From the human T2T-CHM13v2.0 reference genome, Homo sapiens, in assembly GCF_009914755.1 (NCBI RefSeq), contig NC_060940.1: DNA of 64,000 bases; one strand, written 5' to 3'. Below are positions 1 through 14,080 of the stretch, one piece after another. The notes beneath the pieces were generated by a model that ran no database searches, had not been told where the DNA came from, and saw only the letters and a program-made list of their open reading frames with translations. The position numbers and the translations under genes are program-made. Position 1 is the stretch's first letter. Each line of letters starts with the position of its first letter.

Positions 1-24
1 GTCTTTTGGCTAAGATTAAATGTA
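1..24 (+). pseudogene. 3'-truncated U2 snRNA retropseudogene fragment (5' part cut by window edge)
   Basis: GTCTTTTGGCTAAGATTAAATGTA matches U2 nt ~12-35 (GCCTTTTGGCTAAGATCAAGTGTA) at 21/24, then homology stops abruptly. Confidence 0.7.
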
Positions 25-29
25 AAAAT

Positions 30-885
30 CAGCTCAGCTTCATTACTTTGTTTGGAAAATATTTTGTTGCTTTTGGCTTAAATGTTTGTTATTTACTTGC
101 TTCTGCGACCTTTGGGCTTAGTTTGTTCTTGTTTTACAGCCCTTGAATTATAAAGTGAGGTTATTTGTGGTATTTCTTATTTATTTTAGAGAATTGACTA
201 GCCTTTAAATTTTGAAATAACTTTGGAATTACAGGAGTTACAAAAATGGTACAAAGAATTCCTGTATAAACTTCGGATTCCTTAAATGTTAACATTTTGC
301 CACATTTACTTTAGTCTGTTTTTTTCTGAAATATTTGACAGTATGTTGTAGATGCAATGCATTTTTGCTCTGGAATAAGTCTGTGTATATTTTCCCAAAA
401 ACATAACTGCAGTACAAAAATCAAGAAATTAATATTAATACAGTGCTACAAACCTTACTGAATTTTTTCCAATTTTCCCACTATTGTGCTTTCTACTTTT
501 TTAATGTAGGCTTTTATCACTATGAACTTCACTCTTCATACTGCTTTTTCTGCATCCCATGTTTTGTTATGCTGTGTTGTTATTTTTGTTTGCTTCAAAT
601 TATTTTCTAATTTCCTTTTTTATTTATTCATTGATCCAATGGTTATTCAACACTGCATTACTTTTCACTTATTTATGAATTTTCCACTTTTTCCTTTGTT
701 GCTGATTTCTTGATTAATTTCATTATGGTTGGAAAAGATACTTGGTATGATTTCAATCTTCTTAAATTTTAGACTTTTTTATGGCTTAACATGTCATCTA
801 TACTGGGAAATGTGTCATGTTTGCTTAAGAAGACTATGTATTCTGCTGTTGAGTAGAGTGTTTTGTATATGTTTGTTAGATCCAT
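30..885 (-). mobile_element. Old L1M ORF2 fragments (antisense), interrupted at ~200-490 by an L1MC-type 3' end
   Basis: T-rich antisense L1 motifs (ctgcttttTctgcatcccat..., gaaaagatacttggtatgatttcaatc, tatgtattctgctgttg); 200-490 resembles an L1MC/MER42-like 3'UTR. Confidence 0.65.
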
Positions 886-939
886 TGCTTTAAAAATCCA
901 GCTTAAAATAGTAAATTTGGCTTACATGGATCTAAATAA

Positions 940-1375
940 TCTGCAGCATACTTTTCTCTGCAGCATAATTTCAAATCATTCTACTATGTCTCATTATATC
1001 CCAGTCATCCTGGTCTTCCCTTTATTTTCAAACAGTCTAAGCTTATTTCTACTTCTTTCTGGGGGCATTGTATGTTCCGTTCCTATAGCTTAGATGACTC
1101 CTTGCCATCATTTAGAATTAAATTGTAAAGCATTTACATTGGGACACCTTTCTTAGTGTTTCATAATATCATTGTACCCTGAACTTTTCTTCTGTAGCCC
1201 TTGTACAACTGTAATGACATCATTTTATGTACTTTCGCATGCTTACTTCCTGCCACTGTTTTGGCTCCTCCCTTTAAACACCTATGCAATCCATTTCAAA
1301 TCCCTTTTGGCTAACGGAGTGCATTTTATTAAGTGTTCAATAATTATTTTTTGGCTAAATAAATGAATAAAAAAT
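940..1375 (+). mobile_element. L2 3' end fragment
   Basis: Degenerate L2 3' sequence ending in ...aataaatgaataa. Confidence 0.5.
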
Positions 1376-2004
1376 TAAAGATAAAAAGACATAGTATGTT
1401 TGCCAGAGTGTTTTTAATGCAACAAAATGTGGAAAACCCAATATATATGAACAAGAATTACAAGATAAAACAGGTCGTATTTTACAAAAGACATTAATAC
1501 ACTTTTTCCTCTAAAAGAGTTTGCATTTTTACAAAGATAAGAGAAAGATAACCAGAGAATATGTTTTATTTTTTTCTTATAAATTAAAATGTGGAAATAT
1601 TTTTGTAGAAGAAGAAATGAAAGCCCTTATTTTCATAAAACTATCCTAAATATACAAAAGAGATCATTGAGTTATTACATATTTTTCCAAACAAAGTCCT
1701 TGACAGATGAATAGTTGACTTATTCAAAAATTTGTATTAAATATCTACTATGATCTATGTGCTAAAGGAGACTTTTCTACAAGAATAAACAGCATGTAAC
1801 AAAGCACAAATGTAGCAGAGAGAGCCTGACAGAATAAGGAAATGAGAGTTTCCCTATGGAAGGGTAGTAGAATATAAGGCTTATTAAGAGAAGGTCAGTG
1901 AACCACTAGCCTCTGCAAAACATGAAGAGGAAGAAAGGAGGTTAAGCTTATTTTAGAGCTTTGTGGACTGAGTTATCATGTATGGTTAGAAAATAGGCCT
2001 GAAT

Positions 2005-2157
2005 CCAGCTTGTCTAACCTGAGACCACGGACCACATGGAGCCCAAGACAACTTTGAATATGGCCCAACATAAATTCATAAACTTTCTTAAAACATTGTG
2101 AGATTTGTTTTGCTTTTCTTTTTTTCTCAAGGAAAGCCAAAAGATTGGATACCTCTA
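2005..2157 (-). mobile_element. MER30-family (MER30B-like, internally deleted) hAT MITE
   Basis: Reverse complement matches both ends of the full MER30 copy at 17013-17239. Confidence 0.75.
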
Positions 2158-2304
2158 GAAATGGCCAAGTTAGATATACTTTGAATATTGGACATCATTC
2201 ATACAAGATGCAAATGCACATTCCTTTGTCTAGTGGTACCTTGACTAATTAACTAAACCTCATTATGATGGATATCCAGGTGAACTGGCAGCTCTCAGTG
2301 ATCT

Positions 2305-2450
2305 ATCTGCATTTATTCATTTATTTATTCATTTGTTTACTAATATCTGTTGAGCATCTATTAAATGTATGGGTCTAAAATATATGCTAGAAATAATAAA
2401 TAAAAATGTGCTGGTCCCTGCATATTGTGCAATTTATAGTGGAGAATGGA
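2305..2450 (-). mobile_element. L2 3' end fragment
   Basis: (ATTC/ATTT) tail followed by ...ttgagcatcta... Confidence 0.5.
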
Positions 2451-3387
2451 AGAGTGTATTATGGGAGAAAACTGACATGGACATTTCTCATCCTCTGGAG
2501 TCCTCCATTCTGCCACCTATGGAATTCTGTCCTAGTCTATGAAACTGAATTTTATATATCCAGAGGAGTATTCCTTCCTCTTGACTGTTTTCAGAATACT
2601 TTTGGCTGTTTTCTAAGGGTCTTCCAGTATTGGCACAGAACATAGAGGATCTTCCTGCCCCAGGAGGTGGAGGACCTAGTATGAGTCTTGCAGCATTGTG
2701 ACCAATAAGAGTTAGTTTCTAAGAGAGGCAGCCTTCTCTTGAAAATTCCAGAGGCAGTTTTCTCTGGAGAGGCATCAGCAGTCTCAAGGATGATTCTGGT
2801 GTTCTTTTGTAGGCATCCAAAGCCATCTAGAAAGGAGAAAGAAAATACCTGGGCCTGCTCTGCAGAGGACTTATGTGACACTATAGATATTTCCCAAAAT
2901 ACCAGTGGAGGACTTTGAGAAGTGGCCCAAACCACTGAAGCTGGAATGAGTTAGGGGATTTGTATTGCATTTATTGATAACATTGTTAGAAATTTGAAGA
3001 GACAGCCAAAGAAGAAAGGATATTCACTTATACTCCCCAGGTACTAAAACTTGTGTTTGCATTTATAAATATAGCTTCCAATGTTTCTCAACATAAAAAT
3101 GAGTTCAAACCCTAATACTTTTGCATTCTGCCTTTTAAACTTACTATTATACAAAAAAAAAAAGTTCATGGTTTTTCCAATTCATAATTATTGTAGTGAA
3201 CGTCTATGCTATTTTCTCTTTTGAAGACAAATAATAACTTATTTAAGGTGTTCTCTACTCTTAAGCATTTTAGCCATTTCTATTTTTATGATTATAATTA
3301 GTCATGCAAAGTAAAATATAATGTGCATATTATATTACTGCTTTTGCAATTATTTTTAGTATCCTTTTCCAGAATTTAATTCATTAG

Positions 3388-3715
<328 letters not shown>

Positions 3716-5588
3716 AGGTCGAGATATTTTTAAGTTTGCAAGCCAAATCATTTGCCAATAAGGCAGGCTATTTTTAATACAGCATCCTCACCAATTAAAT
3801 GTTAATTGTTTGAAGTTTGCCAGTTGAATAGATGTTAAATGGAGCATGATTACTTTAAAAACTTGCATTTTATAAATTTACTAATGGTTTCCGGAATATA
3901 ATCCATTTTACAAACTGGAGTTTCCTCTTAAACTTCTGGAACCTGATGAATCTTATAGAAATCTAAGTTTCTCCTGTTGTAGAACTACTTATTTGATGAA
4001 ATTTAAATTTTTTCCGCTGGTGGGTTGCCTTATGTGTCATTTTAACTCTTATTACTATATCTCTGAGGTAACCTCCAAACCCAAAGTATGTGGAAAGCTA
4101 TCCACTGAGGTGATCCTCTTTTATATATGTCTCTGGATTATTTTTTTCATTTATACAAATGTCACATGCCCTTATATTCACACACAGCAGATAGTCATGC
4201 TAGAAGGAGCGTTAGACTGAGAAATAAAATAAGCAAGTGAGAGGAGCCAGGATGGCCAATTAGATGGAGCTAGGAAACGCATCTGCCACTGAGAGACCAG
4301 ACCATGAAGAAGACAAGCACACACTGAACAGATCTGGGGAAAGAAGGCACTGAGAGTGGATGGCGGGAGGATGCATATACTGGGCTGAAAGGGGAGGAAG
4401 CTTGTAACCATGCACAGGGTTGCTGAGCGCCAGAACTTGTTTCTGGCCCCAAGTGGCTGCTGAGGAAAGGGGGAGTAAAATAGGTGTGCAGTGGCCCACT
4501 CTCTCCACAGACCTCCAGAATCCTAGCTGCAGGAAACCCTATGGCCAACATGGACATTTGAGCTTTCAGGGAGAACTGCCTGGAGAGTTGCCAGAGGCAA
4601 AACTCCAGCCTATATGGAGCCCAGAGAGCTGGATGAAGTGGCACGCATCCCTCAAGGCTTGTCATACTCCTCTAGATGGCTTTAGCCTTGTTGGTTGCCT
4701 GACCTGGACAAATCAGGGCTATCTTGCTCATGGAACAAGGCCGGTCTCACCTGAGCCCCCCGCCCCCATATGCCAGCCTCTTGCAGGGTTCCTGACTGAA
4801 AGTACTTGCTTTCAGAGCAGCATTAACTGCCCAGCTATAACACAGTCCAGCTGCCACTACCATAGCCCTTTCATTGGCAGACTGTGCCTGCCTAACAGGG
4901 TTGCTGTTGCAGACAGAATTCCACCACTGTGCACCCACCAGCTGCCTCCCCCAGCTACTGTTGATCTACTGCTGCCCAGGCAGCCAAACCACCTTTGCCA
5001 GCACCCCCATTGGAGGTCGTTGCCAACAGACTGGGAACACTTTGGCCCGTACAACACAGCAGTTGCTCAACTTCAACGGGCCAGGGAATAAAGCCATGGG
5101 CCAAATACCAAGCCCCCAGGATTAGAGAATGCAGCTCAGGAGTGTGGAGGAGAGGCTTGGCCCTCTATAATCATTCAGAAATAAAGCCAATTGACTAACT
5201 TCAATTTATACCACAGTCAAACCCTCAAAGACATCAAAGAATATAAAAGCAAAAAGCCCCATCTAAAGGACAGCACCTTCAAACATTAAAGAAACACTAG
5301 ATAAGAAAAAAAAATGTACAAGAACATGGGCAACTCTAAACTCTACTTACATTTGGATGTAAGAAGACACCTACATCAAAATGATCACACTAGCTTCCCA
5401 GCAATGGTTCTTTACCAGTCTAAAATAGTTGAAATGACAGACACAGAATTGAGAATCTGGGTGTCAACAAAGCTCATCAAGGTTCAGGGGAAAGTTAAAA
5501 CCCAATCAAAGGAATCTAAGGAATCCAAGGAATCTACTAAAATGATACAAAAGCTAAAAGTTTAAGTAGCCATTTTAAGAAAGAACAA

Positions 5589-5912
<324 letters not shown>

Positions 5913-6445
5913 CTAAATGTGAAAAACTCGCTGCATTAATTTCATAATACAATTGTAATTATTAACATCAGAAAAGACCAAGTTGAGAAAAGAATCTCAG
6001 AGCTTGAAGATTGTTTCTTCGAATCAACTCAGTCAGACAAAAATAAAGAAAAAATAATTTAAAAAATGAAGAAAACCCCTGAGATATATGGAATTATGTA
6101 AAGAGACCAAACCTATGACTCATTGGCATCTCAGAAAGAAAGAGCAAGGGAGTAAGCAACTTGGAAAACATATTTGAAAATATCATACACAAAAACTTCT
6201 CCAATCTCGCTAGAGAGGTTAAAATGTAAATTTGGAAAATGCAGAAAACCCCTGGGAGATACTACACCAGATGATTATCAGCAAAGCACAGACACCAGAT
6301 TCTCCAAGGTCAATGAAATGAAAAAAATATTCAAGGAAGGTAGAAAGAAAGGATAGGTCAAGTACAAAAGGAAGCCCATCTGACTAACAGTAGACCTTTC
6401 AGCAGAAACATTACAAGCTAGAAGAGTTTGAGATCCTATATTCAG

Positions 6446-8566
6446 TGTATTAGTCCATTCTCACACTAATATGAAGAAATATCTGAGACTAGGTAATATA
6501 TAAAGAAAAGAGTTTAAATTGACTCACAGTTCTGCAAGGCTGGGGAAACCCTAGCAACCTTACAATCATGATGGAAGGAAAAGCAAACATGTCCTTCTTC
6601 ACATGGCAGCGGGAGAGAAAAGAATAAGAGTAAAGTGGGGGCAAAGCCCCTTATAAAACCCTCAGATCGCATGGAAACTCACTCACTATCATGAGGACAG
6701 CATGAGGGTAACCACCCTCATGAACCAATTACCTCCCCCTGGATCCCTTCCATGACACATGGATGATTATGGGAACTACGATATGATATGAGATTTGGCT
6801 ACACAGCCAAAATGTATCATTCTTCCCCTGGGCCCTCCCAAATCATGTCCTCACATTTCAAAACACAATCATGCCCTGCCAACAGTCCCACAACATCTTA
6901 ATTCATTCCAGCATTAACTCAAAAGTCCAACTACAAAGTCTCATCTGAGACAAGGCAAGTCCCTTCTGCCTATGAGCCTGTAAAATCAAAAGCAAGTTAG
7001 TTATTTCATAGACACAATGGAGGTACAGGCCCAACGAGAGTTAGGCTCTCACAGCCTTGGGCAGCTCTTCCCTTGTGGCTTTGCAGGATACAGCTCCCTT
7101 CCCAGCTGCTTTCATAGGCTGGCATTGAATGTCTGTGGCTTTTCCAGGTGCACAGGGCAAGCTGTCAATGGATCTACCATTCTGGAGTCTGGAGGATGGT
7201 GGCCCTCTTTTCACTGCTCCAGCAGGCAGTGCTCCAGTGGGGACTCTGGGTGTTCCAACCCCACATTTCCCTTCCACACTGCCTTAGCAGAAGTTCTCTA
7301 TGACAGCTCTGCCCCGTGGTAAACTTCTGCCTGGACATCCAGCTATTTCCATACATCCTCTGAAATCCAGGCAGAAGTTCTCAAACCCCAATTCTTGACT
7401 TCTGTGCACTACAGGCCCAACATCATCTGTAAGCTACCAAGGCTTGGGGCTTTCACCCTCTGAAGCAATGACCTGAGCTTTACATAGGCCCCTTTTATCC
7501 ATGGCTGGAGTTGAAGCATCTGGGATGCAGGGCACCATGTCCCAAGGCCACACAGAGCGTGGGGGGAGCCACTGGGCCTGGCCCACAAAACCATTTTTCT
7601 CTCCTAGGCCTCAGGCCTGTGATAGGAGCTGCTGTAAAGGTCTCTGACATGCCCTGGAGACATTTTCAGCATTGTCTTGGAGATTACTTATTACTTATGC
7701 TTCTCCTTACTTACGCAAATTTCTTCAGTGGGCTTGAATTTCTCCCATAAATTGAGTTTTTCTTTTCTATTGCATCATCAGGCTGCAAATTTTCCAAACT
7801 TTTATGCTCTGTTTCCACTTGAACACTTTGCCGCTTTGAAATTTCTTCTGCCAGATACCCTAAACCATCTCTCTCAAGTTCAAAGTTCTGCAGATCTCTA
7901 GGGCAGGGGTAAAATGCCACCAGTCTCTTTGCATAGCAAGGGTGACCTTTATTTCAGTTTCCAACAAGTTCCTTATTTCCATCTGAGACCACTTCAGCTT
8001 GGACTTCATTGTCGCTAACACTATCAGCATTTTGGTCAAGGCCATTCAACAAGTCTCTAGGAAGTTCCAACCTTTCCCAATCTTCCTGTCTTCTTCTGAG
8101 CTCATCAAACTGTTTCAACCTTTGCATGTTACCCAGTTCCAAAGTCACCTCCACATTTTTGGGTATCTTTATAGCAGCATCCCACTCCCCAGTACCGATT
8201 TACTCTATTAGTCCATTCTCATGCTGCCAATAAAGACATACTCAAGACTGGGTAATTTATAAAGAAAAGAAGTTTAACTGACTGACAGTTCTACATGGCT
8301 GGGGAAGCCTCAGGAAACTTAACAATCATGCTGAAAGGCACCTCTTCATAGGGCAGCAGGAGAGAGAATGAGTGCCCAGCAAAGTGGAAAGACCCTTATA
8401 AAACAATCAGATGTTGTGAGAACTAACTCACTATCATGAGAACAGGATGGGTGAATCCACCCCCATGATTCAATTATCTTCACCTGGTCCCTCCCATGAC
8501 ACATGGGGATTATTGGAATTACAATTCTAGATGAGATTTGGGTGTGGACACAGCCAAACCGTATCA
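6446..8566 (-). mobile_element. Complete THE1 (THE1D/MSTA-like) MaLR provirus: 3' LTR 6446-6819, internal 6820-8203, 5' LTR 8204-8566
   Basis: Two LTRs (t(g/c)tattagtcc...gtatca); MaLR internal ORF remnants (MEVTLELGN..., YPCPRDLQNFELERD...); polypurine tract next to the 3' LTR; exact 5-bp TSD TTCAG at 6441-6445 and 8567-8571; L1 ORF1 resumes after it. Confidence 0.95.
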
Positions 8567-8668
8567 TTCAGTATCCTTAAACAAAAGAAATTCCAACCAA
8601 GAATTTAATATCCAGCCAAACTAAGCTTCATAAGTGAAGGAGAAAATCCTTTTCAGACAAGCACATTC

Positions 8669-8750
8669 CCAAACTCCTGGCCTAGAGTGATCCTCCCACC
8701 TCAGCCTCCCAAAGTGCTGGGATTACAGGTATCAGCCACCATGCCTAGCC
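8669..8750 (-). mobile_element. Tailless Alu/FLAM 5' fragment (~82 nt) inside L1
   Basis: Alu nt 1-~82 only, no A-tail; flanked by CAGACAAGCACATTC (8654-8668) and CAGACAAATAAATTC (8751-8765). Confidence 0.8.
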
Positions 8751-11700
8751 CAGACAAATAAATTCTGATGGAACTTGTTGCCACCAGACCTGCCTCACAG
8801 GAGGTTCTTTAGAGAGTGCTAACCACAGAAATGAAAGACCATTACCAGTCACCACAAAAATACTCTTAAGTGCATAGCCCACTGACACTATAAAGTGTCA
8901 ATAAAGATACAATAAAGTCTACATAGTAGCCAGTTAACAACACAATATAGGATCAAATACTCACATATCAATATTAACCTTTAACACAAATTAGCTAAAT
9001 GCCCCATTTAAAAGGCACAGAGTGGCAGGTCTGATAAAGAAGCAATACTCAATAGTATGTTGTCTTTAAGAGACCCATCTCACAAGCAATGACACCCACA
9101 GGCTCAAAGTAAAAAGTTGGAGAAAGATCTGTTGAGCAAAGAGAAAACAAACAACCAAACAAAAAAACAGGTGTTGCTATTCTCATTTCAGACAAAACAG
9201 ACTTTAACAACAATCAACAACAAAAGGAAAACAAAAGAATGACATTACATAATGATAAAAACAACTTGCTCCTGACTGATGTTAAATTAAGACACACAAA
9301 AAAATCATCAAAAACTAATGAAAACCCACAGACAAGATTCAAGAATCTCTGGGACACTGCTAATGCAGTGTTAAGAAGAAAGTTTACAGCACTAAATGCC
9401 TGCATCAAAAAGTTAGAAAGATTTCAAATTAACAACTTAATATTATAGCTAGAGGAACTAGAAAAACAAGAGCAAACAAACCCCAATGCAAGCAATATAA
9501 AAGAAATAACCAAAATCAGAGCTGAACTAAATAAAACTGAGATGTGAACATCCATAAAAAAGATTAACAAAACCAAAAGTTTCTTCTTTCAAAGAATAAA
9601 TAAGATTGGTAGACCACTATCTATACTAATAAGACAACAAAACAAGATCCAAATAAAAACAATTAGAAATGACAAAGATGACATAACCACTGACCTCATG
9701 GAAATACGAACAACCCTCAAAGACTGTTGAGAACATCTGTATGCACAAACACTAGAAAACCCAGAAGAAATAGATAAAATCCTGGAAACATGCAACCTCC
9801 CGAGATGGAACCAGAAAGAAATCAAATATCTCAATAGGCCAGTTATGAGTTTTGAAATTGAATCAGTTTAATAAAAAAACAAAACTACCAACCAGAAGAA
9901 GCCCTGTACTAGATGGATTCATAGCCAAATTCTACCAGATGTTTAAAGAGCTGGTACCAATCTTACTGAAACTATTCCAAAAATTTAAGGAGGAGAGCCT
10001 CCTCCCTAACTCATTCTATGAGACCAGTATTATACTGATACCAAACCTTGGCAGAGACAAAACTAAAAAAGAAAGCTTCAGGCAAATATCGCTGAGGAAC
10101 ACAAATGCAAAAATCCTCAGCAAAATACTAGCAAATCAAATCCAAAATCACATTGAAAAGCTAATCCACCATGATCAAGTAGTCTTACTTCCTGGTACAC
10201 AAGGTTGATTCAACATATACAAATCAATAAATGTGACTCATCACATAAACAAAACTAAAAACAAAAACCACATGATTATTTCAATGGATACAGAAAAGGC
10301 TTTAGATAACATTCAACATCTCTTCATGTTAAAAACCATCAACGGAGCATCAAAGGAACATAAGTCAAAATAATATGAGCCATCTATGACAAACCCAAGT
10401 GAACATCATACTCACTGGACCAAAGCTGGAAGCATTTCTCTTGAGAACCAGAACAAGACAGCACTTCTGGACATAGGCCTTGGCAAAGATGTCATGATGA
10501 AAACTCCAACAGCAATTGCAATGGAAACAGCATTTGACAACTGGGACACAATTAAACTAAAAAGCTTCTGCCCAGCAAAAGAAACAATCAACAGAGTATA
10601 AAGATAGCTTACATAATAGGAGAAAATATTTGCAAACTGTGCATCTGACAAAGATCTAATATCCAGAATCTATAAGGAACTTGAACAAATCAGCAAACAA
10701 AAACAATTCCATTAATAAATGGGCAAAGGCCATGAGCAATACTTGTCAAGAGAAGACATACATAAGGCCAACAAGCATACAAAAAAATACTAAAAATCAC
10801 TAATCATTAGAGAAATGCAAACTGAAACCACACTGAGATGCTATCTCATACCAGTCAGAATGGATATTACAAAAAAGTCCAAAAATAGCACCTTGGTAAG
10901 TTTCCAGGAAAAGGGAATGTTTATATACTGCTGTTGAGAATGTAAATTGGTTCAGCCACAGTGGGGAGCAGTTTGGAGAGTTTGGAGATTTCTCAGAAAA
11001 CTTAAAGCAGTACTACCATTTGACCCAGCAATCCCATTACTAGGTATATACCCAAAGGAATCTAAATTGCTGTACCTTAAGGCACATGCACATGTATGTT
11101 ATCACAGTAGCCAAGACATAGAATCAAGCTGGATGCCCATGAGTGGTAGACTGGATAAAGAAACTGTGGTACATATACACCATGAAATACTGCACAATCA
11201 TAAAAAGAATGAAATCATTTCCTTTGTAACAACATACATGCAACTGGAGGCCATTATCCTAAGGGAATCAATACAGAAAATCAAATACTGCATGTTCTGA
11301 CTTATAAATGGGAGCTAAACATTGAGTACACATGGACACAAAGAAGGGAATGACAGACACCAAGGCCCACTTGAGGGTGAAGGATGGGAGGATGCTGAGG
11401 ATCAAAAAACTACCTATTGGGTACTATGGTCATTAACTGGATAACAAAAATCATTTGTACACCAAACCCCAGCAACACACAATTTGCCCATGTAGCTAAC
11501 GTGTATATGTATCTCCTGAACCTAAAATAAAAGCTGGAATCAGTAAAAAATAAGCAGTCTCTGCCCCTACAATGCTATGTCATATGTGGTAACTAATGAC
11601 CTTTTGGCGTCTACCTAGATCCATTTTATTAATCTAAGAAATTAGATGGTGAACTACGTGATTTTATTTTTTTTCTTCTTTGAAATCTCTATTTGCTGAA

Positions 11701-14080
11701 ATTTTATTGAGTTTGATACACATTTTTTTCCAGTGTTTAATACTTTCGGAATGAGAGTAAGTCTTTTCACAGGTGTCAAAAGCCACACAGGAATGAGGAA
11801 TTGATACTGACAGCACACCAACAAGCTTAGCGTTATATGCAGGTATCTCATTATATGATTATCTACATGACTGAGGCAAGATGAGGCATTTGAGTGGTGG
11901 TGCCCCATAGGAATGAATTTTAATTTAAACTTAATTTTTAATTAACACATAAAATGTATTTTACCAGATTGTAACAAGATGCAAGATTAAAATGACAATC
12001 ATTTTGTGAATAGATAATTTCTAGTCACATGCCAGGCAATGTGATCGAGGAAAATAGAAATGGTCAAAGCTCTCAGAACAGATCACAGACTTCAAAGCTA
12101 ACAGAAGTTGTTTTCAACAAAATATATACCATCAAATCTTACTTTTATACTAGTTTAAAAGCTTCCACCTTATTTTAGAGATAAGTTTTTCAATTTTAAA
12201 TGGTATATAATTCAACTAAGGGAAAGAATAAAATCATAGATTTACTTACAAATGAAAAACAGATGAAAATCCTGGATTCTCTTATATTTAAATGATACTA
12301 TCAATTTGAGTTGTTGAAGATACAAGAAACAAAAATACAAATATCACAGAAAGCTGCATGTGCATACATCAGTATATAATATAATGAAAAATGAATCAGA
12401 AAAAGTTACAAATACTGAATTAAAGGTATGTACATTTGATACTTAAGAAAAAGGTCATGAGCAATTAATGACTTAATTCATCATGTTCACTAGCAACAAC
12501 AAAAGCTAGTGATTAGCATAGTGTTCTTTTAAATTTTTTTTCTGGAAAACTCATTTTTACTTCATCTTGCATCTCAATAAAGAAACATTTTTATGATTCT
12601 GTCCCCTCAAATATTATAAATACATATCAACCCTTGAAATTTAAACTACTTTAGCTTTACAAGGATCTCAATTTACTTACTTTTTATTGTTAAATAAAGC
12701 ACACTTTTATAGTATTTAAATAATTGCCTTCCATTTTCTGTGAGGGTGTTTATGTATTTTCTGGAAATATTAAAAAATTGAGAAATTTGGAATTATTCAG
12801 GAGAGATCACCATTCAGTATATTGTTCGGAAGTGATAATCAATAAGACTAGGGAAAAATGGGTAGTACAGAGAAGGGTTCTAAATAAAGATTATTCACCC
12901 CCAAGTAAACTTTTGTCTATAAAAGTCCAACGGTAAATTATTATTTTAATAAAAGAATGTTACTGAACTATTGAATGAGTTGGAATGGGAAATTGGGAAG
13001 TGTTTGGTAAATTTTATAGTCATTATGCTTCTCTTTCTACTATTCCTCTGAAACATAAAGAATGTTAAAACGATTCTAAAAATATCACCCACTTGTTATT
13101 ATAGTTTCCTCACATTCTCTGATCTTTTGACACAATGGCCAGCGATCCCACCACGTGGCTTCCTCAAAACTCACTCAGGTTGCTGCCCACTGTAGGTCAC
13201 ACATATTTATTCAACAAATTTCTTAGAAGTAGCTCACTCATCTTCTCATTTGGCTCTCAGTGTGGGGACTGCTCTCCAAGTTTCTCTGAGAGGAGTCTCT
13301 GTGCTCTGGTAATTAGAGGCGTAAGTGTACTAATTATATTTTTGGCAGCAAAGAACTCTGCCAGATAAATAAAGTAGCCCAGGTGTAAGAGAAGAAGGAA
13401 ATAAATACTGCAGGAGGTGCTGCTGGCTTTGTTTCCCCAGTAGAATTTTAAGTGCTTTCCAAACCTTTTAAAATACCTGGATAGTGACATTCATAAGCCT
13501 TTGTAAAATTTAATTGGAGCAATCCCATTAAACTGAGAATAGTTCAGAAGAGTCATGAAAAGAAGTAAGGTTAGATAGGGACGTGAAAGCACACTGCTGC
13601 AACTCAATTACTTGAAAAATATATTAAAGACTAATTTGATCTTATGTTTCCCCACAAGTATAGCTATTTAAAAATCCATGTTAAATGTAGCTACCCCAAA
13701 ATGCTAAAATTGAGATTAATCTTTAAAAATGTAAAATTACACATTAAAGTGTAAAGTGTAAAAACACAATAAAGGAAAGAAGAATACTAAGATTAGGTAA
13801 AATATATTACTGAATTTGAAAATGGCTTTAAATATATCCAGAGAGAAGTTTCTCATCCCTCTACTCTATTCTGACATCACTGAGGCAGGATTTGGTCCCC
13901 TTCTTCATCTTTACCAATCTCTGCAATGGGCACCTATAATTCTAGGGACACCCAGAACTCCCTGTTTTCTGGAAGCAGCCACTTTTCCCAGTCTTGCTGA
14001 GACCAAGTAACCCCAAACCCTGGCTCAAAAATACTGTATCAGCAAATACTCCAAGTAGAACCAACCAGATAATTTTCTGG

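Noticed and set aside
2591-2935. 114-aa minus-strand ORF
   Set aside because: No recognisable domain, splice context or retrocopy hallmarks; likely chance
4420-5091. 223-aa ORF, the longest in the window
   Set aside because: Lies in the GC-richer L1 5'UTR, starts at a non-ATG codon, and resembles no protein I recognise
9852-11300. L1 ORF2 pieces as a functional reverse transcriptase
   Set aside because: Multiple stops and frameshifts, and the RT core is deleted near 10460
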